A DNA stretch of 64,000 bases, from the NCBI GenBank assembly GCA_964187785.1, contig OZ076409.1:17486001-17550000 (forward strand), written 5' to 3'. Numbering within the stretch: the stretch's first letter is position 1; each line of letters begins with the position of its first letter. The notes beneath the pieces are model-generated. The model had not been told where the DNA came from and searched no databases. It was given only the letters and a program-made list of their open reading frames with translations. The DNA is from Amphiscolops sp. MND2022 (lineage: Eukaryota). Made by a program: the position numbers and the translations under genes. Positions 60,564 through 64,000 of the stretch are shown one piece after another.

Positions 60564-62522
60564 TGAATGAGTATCTCATAATCTTGGCTGAATAGATAAG
60601 TCGCAGACTCAAGTCGTCTCTCTAACTTTTTTCCTGGACGATAGTTCCATTCTATGGAATATTCAGTTCAGAAAAGCAAGTAGGTCGATTTGTAAGAGCA
60701 TTCGAATTTTTTGGAGAGATGCTGCAAGCAAAATAATTCTAGACATCCGTGTTCCTATTTTGAGAAAACTAGGGACAATCAAGGTCAATTCGGGTCTACA
60801 AAGACTATGATGTGGTCTCGTTTTTATTAGAGTACGTCAAAATTATTAAAATTTGCTCCTTTGGGCATTGCATCAAACAACGGACATTCGCACACTGTAT
60901 TGAACATTTATCCAATTCATACAAAGCGCAAGCATTTGTTTTAAATGAGAATTTTCTCATTGATTGAAAAATCTAGAAATCAATTTCAATTTCTTGGAGA
61001 AATCTTGATCTCTTGAAATGAGAATCTGACGTCCTTATGATGTATTACCACATGACATTGACTACTTCGGGTATCTGGATAAGAAATATTGAAAAATATA
61101 TTGGAATTATTTCACCTGACGGCCGCTAGCTGACAAATTCAATCTGTTTTACTATGCTTGCCAAAGGTAATTTCTAAAAAATATTTACCGAAAGAAAAAT
61201 CTACTGAAGAATTCCTTTCGCAAACGCTTTTCATGGAAACAGATAGGTAACATACATAGCTTAAAACGGCTAGCGTAAATTGGTTAAGCAAATGAACTGA
61301 TGTCTGTGGGGATCAAAAGTGAAATTAAGTTGAATATCTCAAAGGGCAATTATCAAGTCAACAAAAAACAAAAATTAGGTTTAAAAATAAAAAAGTTACT
61401 CAGCAGAACCACAGTCGGAGAAAACCAGCTACTACAATGAGTCACGCACAAATCACTCTCAACTACGAAGAAGAATCAAAACTTAGAACCGTAAGTATAC
61501 GTAGTCGAACTATTTAGCATCGAATTTACAGGGCACTATAGCAATGGTATAAAATGAATGAAATTTTCACCTCTTTCGTTCCTAGGTAATATCAAATCAC
61601 AATTCGATCCTAGATAACTTTGCACATTTTTCCATCCTGGCTACAAAAATAGATAATTTAGTGTTTTTCCACAGACATTCCCTTTTCAGTTGACAAAGAG
61701 CCTGTGCATCTCAACACATACCCACCAATGGTCATTACAGTAGCCCAGCCCCACTTTGATAAATTATGTGGTGGTCATTGCTGGACCATCAGTGAAAGCG
61801 TCCAAAGTGTTTTTTTTTCAATATAATACGAAAATAGTGACACAAGCTAGCATCGTTCAACTCTACAGTTCGCTCTTTCACCTGTCGACTGCATAAACTT
61901 GTAATTGGTTTGTTTCGAGTGAGCTGTGAGCCACAAACTCATGCGAAAAAGGATAAAACCTACAGGCAAACTTCCTGGATAAAATTAGTGAAATGCATGA
62001 GAAGACTCGAGAAGGACAGCTTAAGAACGACATCCTAACACTGCCAACAAAACTAGTTACATCGGCTGAGGTGGATACCGTAAGGTTTCACTTTAAAATT
62101 ATGGTTCACGGTTTGTTGATTGCGGTTAACGGTTTTGCGGTACGTTTTAAAAACAATTTCCTAAAAACATCTTTATTGGTTTTTAAATGAATTCAAACAA
62201 TTCGATCGGAGTATCACCGTACAAATTTTTTCTCCGATTTCATTGGTAAATATTGGCAAAATTCCTTATTATCGCACCGTATTTTGTATTTTACAAATTG
62301 CATCTTCTCGACAAATTCGACTGATAGTCGTGCTTTTTGGGCAGTACGCACTAGTTTGTGTCGACTGGAACTTCCCTCGACTGAAGCCTCTGAAGCAAGT
62401 TACTTTTGAGAAAGCTGTTCTTTAAACAACCTTAGTGTGAGTGTAAAGTTATGAATAACCATCATATATTTCAGGTGGGTTTGATTTGAATTCAGTGTTT
62501 ATTTTATCACCTACTTTTACAA

Positions 62523-64000
62523 TGGTAGCAGGATGACAACGACTACCGCCTCATTCAAAATCCCACCTATTTGGGGTGCAAGTCAACCGTTTCACTCATG
62601 GAAACACGAAGTTGGAGTGTGGGCTTTGCTGACTGACTTACCGAAAGAGAAAAGAGGTTTAGCTGTGGCGCTATCCCTGACAGAACGCCGGCGTGAAGTA
62701 GCAATGGAGCTTACGCCTGAGGTGCTTGGATCTGAAACAGGGTTGACACAGTTACTCCCCAAACTAGAAGCCATTTTTTGCGAAGCACTCCATTGATATA
62801 GTTTTTGAGAGCTATCATCAGTTCGAGAGAATACAACGCACAGACTGTCAATCCGTTGAGAATTATATTCAAGCATTTGAACGCTGTTATGCAAAGATAC
62901 CACAATGCAAGATGACACTTCCAGACGACGAGTTAGCATGTAAGCTTCTTTGTGATGCCAATCTGGAAGCCAAAGAACGACAGATGGTTTTGGCTACAAC
63001 TCCAGATTTGAAGTTTTCAACGATGCGGAGTTCATTGAAACGCATATTTACCACATCAACAGCGCAATCAACAACCGAGTCGATTGGAGATGTGAAAGCG
63101 GAACCTGCTTTCGTGACAGATACCTCTCAGGATAGTGCGTTTTGGGCGAATGGTCGCGCAAGACCTCAGAACAGACGAAAAGGCTATTATGATCAAAGAC
63201 GGAAACTGGAGCCTGGTACAAAGCCGAAAGACAGTTCTGGAAAAATGACGACGTGCTCTGTATGCGGTTCGAGATATCACTGGCGTCGTGATTGTCCAGA
63301 GAAAGAAGGACCAGCCGCAAAGAAAACAGTTCAGACGTCAGATAATGTAAAGGCGGACGAAGAAAATAACGCTGTATATTTGACCTTCGCAATTGATTGC
63401 ACAAAATTGTTGTCAGAATACTCGTGGTCAGCTATATTAGATTCAGCTTGTACGAAGACAGTAGCAGGTTTAAAATGGCTATCAAGTTATCTAGAAAATC
63501 TGTCAGAAGAATTCCAGGATCTTGTTGAGGAAAAGGAGACAGACAGTGTAATCATGTTTGGCGATGGAAACAGATAAAACTGCTTGAAACGCGTTTTACT
63601 TCCTGTTAGCCTTGGTAACACTTATTGCTTCATTGGAGTAGAAATTGTCAGAGGAGGATTACCACTCTTAATGAGTGTGCACACCATGAAACGAGCAGGT
63701 ATGAGTTTTATATTTCCAGAGAATAAAGTCGTTTTTGCCGATGGAATATATGAGAAATTAGAGTTTTTGTCAACCGGTCATGTTGCTCTGGATATTTTTC
63801 CCAAAGTAAGTGTTTCTGCTCTCACTTTATTCACAGACTCCAAACTAAACGACGAATGTGCTATTACAAAGCTTCATGTTCAGTTTGGTCACTGTAGAGC
63901 GGAAAAATTGTCAGCCTTATTGAAAAACGCAGGATATTCGAACAAGGAGCGGTCAAAATTGATTGAGAAGGTTTGTTCTAGTTGCGATGTAGGCTGTCAG
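62523..64000 (+). pseudogene. Decayed Copia (GalEa-like) retrotransposon 5' part: PBS, gag, protease, start of integrase
   Basis: TGGTAGCAG PBS (tRNA-Met type) just after ...TTTACA; knuckle CSVCGSRYHWRRDC; protease AILDSACTKTV; then KLHVQFGH...CSSC integrase zinc motif directly after PR (Copia order). In-frame stops present. Confidence 0.8.

Overview
Eukaryotic, AT-rich, transposon-saturated DNA, probably from an invertebrate animal (inferred from the TE families). No host gene, rRNA/tRNA or CRISPR array can be supported. From left to right: (1) a tandem, internally deleted BEL/Pao LTR element (1-3573); (2) decayed Helentron-like (HINE) repeats and a decayed CR1/L2-type LINE; (3) a 500-bp MITE containing a perfect 72-bp palindrome; (4) a hAT DNA transposon with TIRs and an 8-bp TSD, sitting next to a duplicated copy of its own empty site; (5) a second, decayed BEL/Pao element with repeated leader hairpins, whose integrase-LTR-LINE junction is amplified into a 6 x ~798 bp tandem array, followed by tandem LINE remnants with a degenerate 2A-like motif; (6) the main finding, a young, intact 16.3-kb Gypsy LTR retrotransposon (35751-52033; 1847-bp LTRs, AGTCA TSD). 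Its gag starts inside the LTR, it has a -1 frameshift gag-pol and no visible PPT, and its 6-kb cargo region carries an antisense five-exon gene (~1290 aa) that looks like an inactivated hAT transposase, plus a divergent sense ORF running into the 3' LTR; (7) more HINEs and MITEs, a decayed Gypsy fragment, and the 5' part of a decayed Copia (GalEa-like) element running off the window end. All calls were made by eye; no searches were run.
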